64,000 nucleotides of DNA from Cycas panzhihuaensis (Eukaryota > Plantae > Cycadophyta). Of this stretch, positions 14,637 to 26,586 are shown in pieces. The first letter of the stretch is position 1. Each line of letters starts with the position of its first letter. The notes under the pieces are model-generated. The model was not told the DNA's origin. It worked only from the letters and a program-made list of their open reading frames with translations, and made no database searches. The position numbers and the translations under genes were made by a program. The DNA is taken from contig CM041465.1 of NCBI GenBank assembly GCA_023213395.1, forward strand, positions 86,001,741 through 86,065,740, given 5' to 3'.

Positions 14637-14665
14637 TAACCCTAACCCTAATGCCGTTATGACGT
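14637..14665. promoter_or_regulatory. Candidate promoter motifs: telo-box-like TAACCCTAACCCTAA, AACGG (MSA core) and TGACGT
   Basis: Three motifs clustered about 130-150 bp upstream of the candidate ATG at the edge of the CpG island. Confidence 0.4.
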
Positions 14666-14779
14666 CCCTTGACCTTGTGCCAATCCCCGTAAACCTCACC
14701 TAACTATATGTTTTTCTTGGCCTCATTAGATTTTATTGTTGCTTTGTTCTTAACTATACTTCGCTTGCTATCCCATTAA

Positions 14780-16140
14780 TAATCCTCCTACAAAAAGACT
14801 CATTCCAATGGTCGTTAGCTATAGAAATTACCTTTAATCACCTAAAAGTAGTTATGACCTCAATCCCTATCCCTATTACTTTAGATTTATTCAATCTTTT
14901 TAACTCAAGATTTAGCTTAGACATAGTACTCATGCAAAAAGCTTCATCCCATTGCTTTAAAAGTCATAAACTCAAAGATTACAAATGTCAAGTCTTAACT
15001 TATTAAAAATAAATTAAAGTAATTTTATATGTAGAAGATAAGTCAAGGTAATACCTCTTAGGTTATAAATTCATAATCCTAATCGTCATCGTAGTCTCCA
15101 TCACCTTTTGGATCAACTAATATTATTTGAAGAATAGGTTAAGTGGATCAATCACTTGCAAGTATTTCATTTCATATCTTATAAGAAGGAGAAAGATAAT
15201 ATTGTTATCGATACCCTCTCTCACCTACCTTCCAACCCCATCACTCTATATCCTATCATGCATGCCATTTATAAGCACCAACCTGCCTAGTTAGAAGATT
15301 TAATTGTAGAAAACTAATCCAAACTAGATCACCTATAATAGATTATGAAAGTCCATAGCCAAAGAGGGTGGTCCACTTATAATAATAATCTCTTGTTCAA
15401 AAACTATATTTTTATCCATCCTACCTCTCATTTCATTTCTTGCATCTTATTATAATATCATTCTACTCCTTTAGGTGGCTATTTTGGGTTTGATAAGATA
15501 TATCATTATATTCATATAAATTTTTTCTGACCTCTTATGAAACCTATCATCCTTACCTTTATATTTGAATATGACACTTGTCAAAGAAATAAGGTAGACA
15601 CAAAGGCTTAGGTAAGTCTCCTCTAGCCTTTAGATATTCCTTAAGAAAAATAATAGGGCGTCATTATGGATATTATCATTGTCCTACCAATCTCTATTGG
15701 ATTTGACTTGATTCTAGTTATCATTGATAGGCTCACTAAATGTTCTTATTTCCTTCCAGTCTATACCTTATATAAGGCATCCTATCTCACAAACTTTTAA
15801 ATCTAATCCATCTTTCATCTCCACTAATTTTCCTCATTGATAGTCTACAATAAAGACCCTAAATTTACTAACTCATTTTGGCAAGAACTCTTCAAAGAAT
15901 TGGGAACCTTATTCATTATAAGTTTAACCTACCACCTATAAACAAACAACCAACCCAAAGTTCTAAATAAAACCATGGAAACCTACTTATGTTATTTTGC
16001 TTTTAACCACCAAGATAAGTGGACTTCCCAGTAATCCTATATCAAACATGGATACAACTTATCACACTATTTAGTTATAGGCATGTCCCTATTTATGGCC
16101 TTATATAGGTTCCCCCTACCATCCCACCACACCCTAGCTA
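14780..16140 (+). mobile_element. Ty3/Gypsy pol fragment (RNase H-integrase), related to the 33.3-37.5 kb chromovirus
   Basis: HSTPLGG(H)FGFDK zinc-binding remnant near 15460; MDIIIVLP and IDRLTKCSYFLP integrase remnants at 15667-15760; colinear with 35700-36980. Confidence 0.8.
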
Positions 16141-17300
16141 CGAAATGGTCTCAATCTTGCAAGTACATTATATAAGAGTTTCAAGAGTTAGAGATGGGTT
16201 ATATAAAATCAACTCACAATAATAATTAAGGGGGATTAAAAAGGGCTCTATGAAGGATTTAAAAAAGCTTTGACATCCTTAATAAAATTTGCCACTAAGA
16301 AGACTTCCTCATAATGTAATCAAGGCAAGTATATGGTATCACAAATTAAGGAATAAACACTAAGCCTAGAAGTATCTAAAAAATAGGCCTTCAAATCACT
16401 CTTAGAAATATTTGTGTCATGTTAAACTGATGTAGGATGTTATAGGAAAGTTCAATACCTAAGTTAGAAGAGCACTCAATGAGAAATTAAAGAGTCTTAT
16501 AAAAGCTAGAATATCATCAATATCAGAAGGGCTCAATGGATAATCCAAGAAGGGAAGGTAGAGAAGGGATTCTACATATGGCTAAGGGTCTTAGGTAGTA
16601 TAATCCACTTAATAAATCTTAACTTGCCTTAATGGGTAGGTGCTTGAGGGTAAAGTCATAACTCCCAAAATTAGCCCTAGCATTTATTATGAAACCAATG
16701 TAGATACCCCTAAGTTAAATGAGGAATAAATCCAATCCATTTTAGCAAAGGAGAATATAAAGCATATCTAACCTTAATAGTGTTATATCTTGTAAGGTTA
16801 TGGGGTGTAGGAAAAGAGGTTATGATCTTATCTACTTCCTATTAGTTTATTTCTTTGTCTAATTCCACATCTTATAAAGAGAAATCTTCCCAATCAAGCT
16901 AGCTCAGGTTGGCATGATAATGGTAGTTTAGCCTAATATCATAGATGTGATGTTTGAGACTCATTTTGAAGGATTGATAGTTTATCCTTGTTCTATAAGA
17001 TTGATAGAGTGCTTCAGGTGCTTCTAAATTGAAACTAAGATCTTCCTAGAGGTGAGTATCTTGATCATTGTTAAAGGAATAAGTATTTAGGATGGATTGA
17101 TAAGGACAAGATTCTAAGTCTAACTAAAGAATATAGGGATTTGAGTCATCTTACATAACTCTAACTTGTCCCACTAAGCATATGTTCAAAGGTTAGTGTT
17201 ACTATACTAATAATGATATCAAATTTTTTCTCAAAATTCCTAAGGTATCTAATAAAGGGTCATATAATTTAGACATTTTGAAGAATTAAAACTATTTACA
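16140..17300 (-). mobile_element. Possible LINE ORF2 remnant (post-RT region)
   Basis: Frame-broken minus-strand G-I-Y-I-G and KHLPIKA-LRFIKWIILPK resemble the L1/Tx1 YLG...LS..GR..LIK..L region; weak. Confidence 0.3.
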
Positions 17301-17367
17301 TAATGAGGGCTTTGATGATGTACATTTTATAAAAATCAAGCATTAAGGATAAACTTTATAAATAAAT

Positions 17368-20300
17368 TATTGAAAAAAATAATACAAGGAGAGCAGAGCG
17401 AAGTAAGTATTCACATGCTAATCCATCATGAAAAATTATAAGCAAAGTACATATTATTCAATCCATCTTATGAGAGTATATAAAAAATCTAAATATTGGT
17501 GGTATCAAAAGACACCATGGTTGAATAACCCTTGAAATAAATAGTTGTGAGGGAGGAGGAAAACCTTCTCAACTTCTAAAATTTAAACACCATTAAAATA
17601 ATACTTAAGTTTAACTTAACCTTACTTGACTTACCTTAACATGTGTGCACTCACATGTGCAAAAGGTGGGAGTGGGGTGATGAGCATTAACCCTAATATT
17701 CTCCTCCTTAATGGTCATCACCATCATTCTTTATTTGTCCTTAAACTTGTGGTACTTGTATTTAAAAATGACTTTGAAAACTTATCCTTTAGTTTGGTAA
17801 TCAACATGCTTGATGTAGTAAATAGTAACTTACTTTGTCATCTTATAAAAAACGTGTCTCTTCAATATCATATAGTGATGGTAACTTCCAAGTAGGTGTT
17901 GTGGATATAGCTTGATTTATAGGAATGAAAATACCTTTGTATTAATCTTGGTCCTCCATTAGAGTTGAGTCTTTAATACATACAATCCCATTAAATGTAA
18001 CATTACAATCATTATTTTCAATGAAATCTATATTAATACAAGAAATGTTAATCTTTTCTTCACATAGTACCTACTCTACCATCTGCCTCACAAGAAAAGA
18101 GTCATCAATATAGTTAGTAAAATTGAAATCAAAAAAATCTCCCCTATAAAGTAAATCTAATGCATTCCATACTACTTTTGAAGTAGTCATTTCTAAAACA
18201 TTTGAAAATATATTATCATCTAAGCTACAAAATAGAAATGCAAGGGCTTCATTGTCCTTTTTAAAGTCTTCTTTGTTGTTAGGTTCATATACATCCTTAA
18301 TATATATCCAAAGGTTATTTGATATTAAGTGAGCTTTCATAATGGTCCTTTAAAATTAAAAATCATTCCTATTAAACACTGGTAAACTAATATTATTTGA
18401 ATTCATTGTCATCATGTAAATACTTTAGTACATAATCAATAATATGGCTTCAATAAATGAGTAATCTTTAAATGAAAATATGATGAAAGGACTTCATAAA
18501 GTCATAATGAGTATGTAAAAGAGATGATCAATATGCTTTTCTTCCTCAAATAAACCAAGAATATGAGCTAGTATACAAACTAGTATTTCAAATTGATATA
18601 TTCTGTAGAAAGAAACAAGAAACTATATGCTACTTTTGAATGTGATGTAATAAAATATCCTTTAATGCTTTGAAATGTAAACTAGTATTGAGACAAATAA
18701 CCAATGAGATTTTGCAACTAAACTTTGTAGTTTTCAAATGGAATAATGAACTAAAGCCTTTAATAAAAAACAAGATGACTTCTTTGTCAAATTATGTAAG
18801 ACAATAAGAATGCTTAATTATTCCTTTATAGAGTAAATATAGCTATATGAAAACTTGAAATTTATAAGTATATTCTTTATTCGAAGTAATAAAAATACTA
18901 AAAAATTATATGTATTCAATTAATAATATAAGAAATAAAATAGATTTAATATAGATTATACCTATTTGTCGATTTTGCACCACTTAGGTTGCTTGAACCT
19001 CTAGGTGTTAAAAAATGATATCTCTTAGCTGTAAATAGCTTAAATGTGTATATAAAGACCAATAATAACTCTAAGAATCAATTAGTAATAAACAATTATT
19101 CAAATATAATCCTTTGAAATAATAAAATGCTTAAATAGGTTATAAAAATAGGCCTATCTAGGGTTGAAAAAGAAACTCAAGTTAACTAGCTTTAAAAACC
19201 TACAAAATAATGTCAAAATATAATAAAATTTATTCTAATTTATATTACACTAAAATACATTTTCAACAAATTTGACAGCTCAAAAAGTAGAGTTCATATG
19301 ACAAAGTTATTGTAGAAATTGTAAGTAGTCCTCTTTATAGCTAATAAGATAATAACTAGAAAAAATGGGTCACTTTGACCAATTAAAACTTAGCCAAAAC
19401 AATCTCAAATTTGATAAGTAATAAATTCAAACTATAGTGCTCTAAAATACGGTCTCAATGAGACTAGTTTCACTAAAAACCAATATGCCAATGATGAGTT
19501 ACATCATTAAATGTAACAGTATCCCTTTGAAGAAAAATATAAAGAAAACTTTAATAAAATAACGTAACCCCTTTTTAAAAAATGGAGCACGGTCGTATGG
19601 GACTATTTTAAACTAAAACCTAGAGTTCTGAGAGGGGAGCAAGCCTCAAACACTTAGAAAATATCTGTCAATAGTTGAAGGCACCTAAGGCAAAAGAGAT
19701 CTCTTGAAAAAATAAAGAAATAGTCTTTTAAAAGGCTTAAGAAGACGTCATATGGAAATAAAACTGGGGGGCTAAAAACAAAGGGGGCTAAGCCTTTTTC
19801 AAACCTAGATTGGAAATAGAATTTATAATAATTAAATTACTTTAAACTTTAATAAACTTTAGTTATAAATCAAATTTGGAATATATGAAAAATAATATGA
19901 AAAAATATATATTTTGAAGTTCTCGTGGGCCACACAACCTGTGTGGTGATGTAGAGGGGGAAATAATCCCAAATAGAGATGAAAATAAAGTTAGAGAGAT
20001 GCAGATTAAAGTTTTGGGGTGCTATAAACTCAAATACAGAGTCGAAACGAGCAAAAACAGATCAAAAATGATGCTTTTTAGCTTATTTTAAGAGGGTATA
20101 CAATGGCATAGATGGAAGACCAGCAAGGGATAAATCTGAGAACTAAGGAGAAATTCTATCATAATAATCATTAGAAATCAATCATATAGCTTCACACTTA
20201 TCCACTAAAGAGAGATGCCCAGCTTCACATGCTCAAAACATTAAAAAATTTCAAAAAAAAATTGTTTTAAATGAAATAACAAAAAAAAAAAAGGGAAAAA

Positions 20301-21261
20301 CCTGGATATAGAAGTTTCGATGACTCAAACTCCTCGTTGGATGTATAGATCCTTATGAAATGTGAAACATAGCTAGATATGTCTGGTGGCTTGAAGCTAG
20401 TAAAATTTCACAAGGAATAGTTGCCTATAGAGTTAGAATGAGCCTCAAGACCAAAATAAGCTAAAAATGGATATGCATTGGCTTTTGGAACGATATCTCA
20501 ATACACAATCAATGAAACAAGGTGAAATCTTTTCTGATAGTTGGATAACTCAACGATGAGTAGAATAAGCAATCATATACTATGGTTCTAAGCAGCGTAG
20601 AAGGAGCATGGGCTAGTTCTAAAATGATAAATAATGGTTCCAAAAATAATGAAATGGGAACCAACGTAATAAAATAGAATATTAATAAATAAAAATGATT
20701 TTTTGTAACATTTAAATACCCTTAACCAAATAATATCATCTCATCCTAGAAAATAGTCATGATAATGTGCGAAAAATGGATGTGAGACTCCCATAACAAA
20801 TGCTTACTCTAATATACAAATAATACCAAGATTTATGTTAAATGCTGCAAGAAATACAAGTGCCAAATGCTGTACGCCAAGATCTGAGCTCCAAATATTG
20901 CAGGATCTAAGCTCTGATACCAAATGTTGGAAAAAAATAATATAAGAAGAGTAGAGTAGAATAGGTATTCACATGTTAATCTATCATGAAAAAACATAAT
21001 CAAAGTATATATTATTCAATCCATCTTGTGAGAGTACATCAAAAATCCAAATATTAGTGGTGTCAAAAGACACCAAGGTTGAATAACCCCAAAAATAAAT
21101 AGTTGTAAGGGAGGAGGAACACCTCCTCAACCTTTGAAATTTAAACAACATTAAAATAATACTTAAGTCAAGTTAAACTTAACCTTACCTAACTTACCTT
21201 AATATGTGTGTGCTCACATGTGCAAAAGGTGGGAGTGGGATGATGAGTATTAACCCCAACA
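17368..21261 (-). mobile_element. Gag-only non-autonomous Copia element (TR-GAG-like)
   Basis: LTRs at 17368-17698 and 20925-21261, perfect PBS complement gctctgatacca at 20911-20922, PPT complement at 17700-17709, decayed TSD taaat/caagt. The only coding remnant is the gag N-terminus. Confidence 0.88.
18071..18415 (-). pseudogene. Copia gag N-terminal (Retrotran_gag_2/UBN2-type) remnant
   Basis: LPVFN..DF..MKAHLISNNLWIYI...KKDNEALAFLFCSLDDNIFSNV...SKVVWNAL is a typical Copia gag pattern. Confidence 0.8.
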
Positions 21262-21699
21262 CAAGTAAGTGAAAGATGATATGTGAAGGAAATATTAATG
21301 GAAGGAATCATGACTATTTAAATAAGAGATAGGTGGTAATATTTTAGTCACTTCACAAAGATTAAACCTTACTTAATCGAATGTCAATGAAGTAGTGGCA
21401 AAGGAAAGAATTTATGAAGCAGTCACTTATGAAGTTGATTAGAGTTATCCAAACAAATAACACATGTTGAAATCCTATTTATTTATAAAATGCAAGGTTA
21501 CTCATAAAAAATAAAAAAGGAAAAGCAAAAAGGGGGAATTCATGAATAAGTGAAGATCAAAGTTAATCTAAGCCATCATACTAGAGGCATGTGGCTAAAT
21601 CCTATACACTTCGCAGGAAGTGCCTTGTGATCGAGTATTTATGTAAAATGGGCATTTAGAAAAGGAGTTAGATGCAAATTTAACATTAACCCTAAGATT

Positions 21700-22047
21700 C
21701 GTTTACACGTATTCATATTTAGACCTACTTACAGAAAGAGATGTTGCTTATCTAAAGCTAAAATTTTAGCACATATGCTATGAACTAACTAATGTGTAAT
21801 GTTTAATCTATTAGAGAAATTATAGGAGCAACTTTAGGAATAATGTACATTTGTGCATATTATGATGCTAGTAGAATTTATGTAGGCCCCACATCCAAGT
21901 CAACTTGTATTATATAAATATATCATGTAATCTTATGTTTATAATGTAATGTAATGCAAGTAAAGAAAGGTATCTCATGATATCATTGATGATCTTGGTT
22001 TTATTTATTGTTTTGTTATATTATTAAAGTTCACATGGTATCAAAGC
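21700..22047 (+). mobile_element. Truncated LTR 3' end with Met-type PBS
   Basis: ...gttcaca followed by tggtatcaaagc (22036-22047); TATA-like tatataaata near 21911; left boundary uncertain. Confidence 0.5.
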
Positions 22048-22054
22048 ATAAAAA

Positions 22055-22973
22055 TTTTCAATATCATGAAGTATCTTATCTTTCTAAATGTTAATGTTCT
22101 CATAAGACCACACAAATCAACATGCGCCAATTCTAAAGAATGTTGAGCACGATATTGTGATTTTGGAAAACTATCTCTATGTTATTTGTCATATATACAA
22201 CCTTCACAAATGCTATTATTCCCTTGAATAAATGGAAGCTCTTTTATCATTCCTTTCTTTTTTAAAGTAACAAATCCATCATAATTGAGATGACCATATC
22301 TATTATGCTAAAGTATATTATCATCATTAATTGAAGCATTTAGGACTTGAATTTATGGACAAAGTACAAGTTTGAATAGTCTATCTTGAGCCATTTGACC
22401 TTTAGTAGCTATTACGCCATTATTCAACTTGTCACTAATTTCACATTCACTATTGTCAAATACTAACATATACTTTTCTTCCATCATTTGTCTAATAGAT
22501 AGTAGGTTCTTCTTTAATCTTAGTACAAGAAAAACATTCTTAATATTTTTGTTCACCTATTTGAATGGAAACAACACCTTTTCCTTGAATATGATGAGTA
22601 TTATTATCACTCAAGATTATTTTACTTTTGTTGTCATCTTCTTTAAGTTTTAAAAATAGATCAACATTGTAAGATATACGTGAAGAGCATCCAAAATCAA
22701 TATACTAGTGAATATTTAAAGATTTAGCACTCAAACTTGTATAAAACAAAGTCTCAATGCTTATCTTATTAGTAACTATATTTACTAAATTATTTTTCCT
22801 TAGTATTTATTTACAAAGTGTCCATGTATTCCACATCTATAATATAGATGTAAAAAACCTCCTCTTTCTCTTTCTCTAAGTATAGGTATCCTACTGCTTC
22901 CTCTTCCTCCTCTCACAGAATTTCTTCCATAAGATCTTCCTCTTCCTTAAAAATTTCCACTTAATGAGACATA
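22055..22973 (-). mobile_element. Copia fragment (zinc knuckle-protease-pre-integrase-integrase start)
   Basis: YRCGIHGHF knuckle, (W)YIDFGCSS protease motif, RLKKNLLSIRQM, HNRYGHLN and LELAHVDLCGLM. Confidence 0.85.
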
Positions 22974-23599
22974 TGTACAATAGGGGAATGCTTCATTAAT
23001 TTAAGTTTTACAATTAAGTCTTGAGGTATGGAGAAGGGCCTTAGGGAGAGCGGTTGTGAAGTTAATCATAACCATTCAAGGGATGCACACATGTCACTAC
23101 CCTAAAAACTTTGTGATAAGGTACCCTCATGTTGACCACTATGTAAGAACTAAGGACCTATAAAGGAGTGTCATATAAAGCCATCCTAGGCCGTCCATTC
23201 ATTAATAGATGGCAAAATCTTGGCTTTTCATAAAATTTTATGCCTTGGAAAGGGGTATAAATCCTAAATCAAGGAATACAAAGGTGGAAGTTGTGAAGTA
23301 AATCCTAACCTTTCAATGGGCTAACACAAGGTATGCATGTAATCAATTAACTAATCATGATTGGAAAATCCCTTACAAGACTTAAATCTTATGAAGTTAT
23401 TCTCATCTATCATATCTTTTATTTAAAAGACCACTTATTTGTGAAGTTAAATTAGAGTTATTAGATTTATTGAAGATTGATCAATGAAGATTTAACAAGG
23501 TTAACATACAAATATACATGGTAGTATTTTAGCTTTAAGACATGGAATTCACGTTTTGTGCTTCATGTTATTCACAATAATCTTTCAAGTGAAGCTGCT

Positions 23600-25900
23600 A
23601 GAAGGGAGTTTTCAAAGCCAAATTAGATGTTGAACTCTACCAAGATTTGTAATTTAGAAGGGAAATATGCATGTCATTTATTATAATGTTGACCATTAAG
23701 GATATCATAATGAATCATATTACTCAAGACTGGGAATAATTTAGAGCTAAAAAGAATGTGAAGAGTGATATATAGAGAAGTAGATTGGCTAGTATAGGTT
23801 TCATTCCCAAGATATTCCCATGTCTAGAGCTAATTTCTATATTGGCTCCACTTTACAAAATAAATGAAAGAATGATTGTGGCCCCAAAAGATCAAGCCTT
23901 ATGTTACCTTTCTCCTAAAAATTTACATAGGACTTTTAGTTTAATAGAGTCAAATATTGGGTAGGGTATTGATAAGCTCTTAATAACTATAAGGAAAGAT
24001 AGGTAATTTAGTGTATAAATGTCTAATTGGAAAATTCTTCCCCTAAAACAGGACATGAGGAAAGATGGCTTGAAGATGAAATTGTTCAAGGGATGATTTT
24101 AGGTTTAGATTTCATTATTTGGTAGAGTTTGTGGGTGGAGTAATGATAAAAAACCTCCTCTTTCTACATGCTTATATTATTGCATAAAGCTAGAAGGAAA
24201 CTTTTCTTCTAGATTAAGCAACCATCCTCAGTGATAATCTAGTTACTCAACTCAATGATCTCCAAGTTAGAATAAAATTGTATATGTCCTCTTATTAGGT
24301 ATATGTACTACTGGGCTTGAGGAAGTTTTTATATTTCCAAGAAGATGAAAAGAAACTAGAGTACACCTTCCAATTTAATTTAAATTCTCGAAGGTATGGC
24401 ACATAAATAAAACTTTACTTCTCTATAAATTATGGGATGGATTTCTACATGTTATAGAAAAATATATCATCTATGAATCTAAAAGGATTAATTAAGAAGT
24501 CAAGAATTAGTTTAAAGGGAAGGCTAAAGGAGGTATGGATACTTCTATCTCAACTAGAATTATTGTATAATATGGTTGTATGGACACTAGGAATACAACC
24601 TATTTTTGCCCAAACACCCCCTAACTTATGTATGTGTAATGGAAATTTGCCAATAGCTAGCACTAATAAGATCCAAGCTTTTATTAAAAAATTAGAAGAC
24701 ACCTTATCAATCAATATATGATTAAATATGCTAATGACATATTAATGGATGGGCAATAATTAAAAACATAAGTAAATCAATGAAAGTCTATAATTTAAGG
24801 AAACCATACATAGGTATTACGACCCCAATAAGGTAACAAATGGTTATCTATCTAGCATGTAAATGGCCTATGAATTGGACAACTTAGAGGATTTTAAAAA
24901 CTTTAAAGATAAGATCAAGATTTGCCTCCTTTAAGTTTTTTATCCTATGGATTATAATAAAAAAAGGAAGAATCTAAGAGGCTCCACTTCTTGAGCTACT
25001 AAGTCATAACAACCGATAGAAAATCTCCTCATCCATTTTCAATAGTTAACGCATATACTAGGTAAATAATGTTATAGGTTGTATTGACCTATAACAACCT
25101 TCTAATAGTACATGTAGTTATTATCCCTCCCTCTTCCTAATCACCTCCTTCACAAACCACACAATAGGCTATCAAGAAGATGAAGATAGTATATGGACTA
25201 GAGGTGGTGAGGGAAATGACCATAGGTTCACCTCTCATCCAGTAGAAAGGTAAAGAAAAGGAGGCAAGTACTACTCCTACAATGGATTTGGTAGCTTCAT
25301 AGTTAATTATTCTATCTAGTTAAATAGGAAGTAGTGTGATTATGGGAAGGGCTATATGAGAGTCAATGCCACTAGAGGGTAGTAATGTAGAAGAGTTCTT
25401 AGACTAAACGACCTCACTAGAAAGGGCTATTATGGGGTTTGGGAAGATTGTAAAATACTACTTACATAAAGTAATTTCTTTAGGCCTTAAAGCATAAGAG
25501 CAAAAGTAATAGGCAGTGGTACATATGCCTATATAAACTATTACTAAAATCCCCTTTCATAGAAAAAATTGCCTAAAGAAAGTCCTCCCTGAAGGGAGAT
25601 GCATCAATGATTTAAAAGGCTAAAGAGCTACCTTATAATTTATCTCAAGAATAATTAGAGGCATAAACTCAATAGATATAAATGATAGAAATGGATGAGG
25701 AGGTATCCTAAGAAGAGAAAACAATGAAGCAAACACCTACCCTAGATACTTAGGTAGATGAATATATGAGAGTAAGAGCATTAGCTACATAATATGCTTA
25801 ATTATTATCTTATAATCCTATAGTAGAAGAAAGACTTCTTTGTCATCATGGATAATTATGAATGTGTGATTCCTCTAATTTTATAAGCAATCAATGTTAT
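23600..25900 (+). pseudogene. Decayed retrotransposon accessory ORF, distantly PMD-like
   Basis: Frame-broken SRLASIGFIPKIFPCLELISILAPLYKINERMIVAP, D(W)ATILSDNLVTQLNDL..LYMSSY and GYFYL..IWLYG..LPKHP, followed by low-complexity S/P/E-rich sequence; not a gag or pol domain. Confidence 0.55.
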
Positions 25901-26586
25901 GGAGCCATGATGTTGCTATTGGTGAGGGGGTGGTATCGGTGGAGGTTGTGGGGAGCTACTAGTAGAAATGGAGGTGGAGCATATATTAGAATTTTAAGTG
26001 GAAACTTTCTTAGTCTCTTCAAATAGCTTAGTGATACTATCAATTATAAAGGTGTATTATGTCTCAAAGGTTGAGATCCTATTTGCTTTAGTAGGAGGAG
26101 CCATATAATATTTATTTACAGTAAATATTTTTATTTATATATCTATATTTATTTTCTGAAAAGAGAAAAAATGAAGAGGAGTCGTCAAGGAATACAACAC
26201 CAATAATTTTACAAATATTTATTTTAATGATGAATTCTTGCCTCAGAATAGTTATCTCCTTTTATTATGACCAATCATTCTCATTTTTTCCTTAAAACAA
26301 ACACAAAAGAGGAAGAAAATTGAGAAGAACAAGCTTAACAACATCCAAGAAAGAAGAGGTGAGACTGAAATCTTTTAGGAAACTTATACAACTAAAAAGA
26401 ATAGGAAGGAGTAGCTATATATGGTGGTAAAGAGGTAGATCTCTTTTCACAATAGTTAACTCTCTTGATTACCCACAAAGAGCTGATCTTAAAGCCAAGA
26501 ATTCCCAAGGAAAATATATAGGTGAAGGAGTATGAGAATAATAAGATCTAAATACATGTGCCTTAATTCAAGTACTAAAAGTAAAA

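Noticed and set aside
14637-14651. Telomere-like TTAGGG repeats as interstitial telomere
   Set aside because: Only 2.5 units; better read as a promoter telo-box-like motif.
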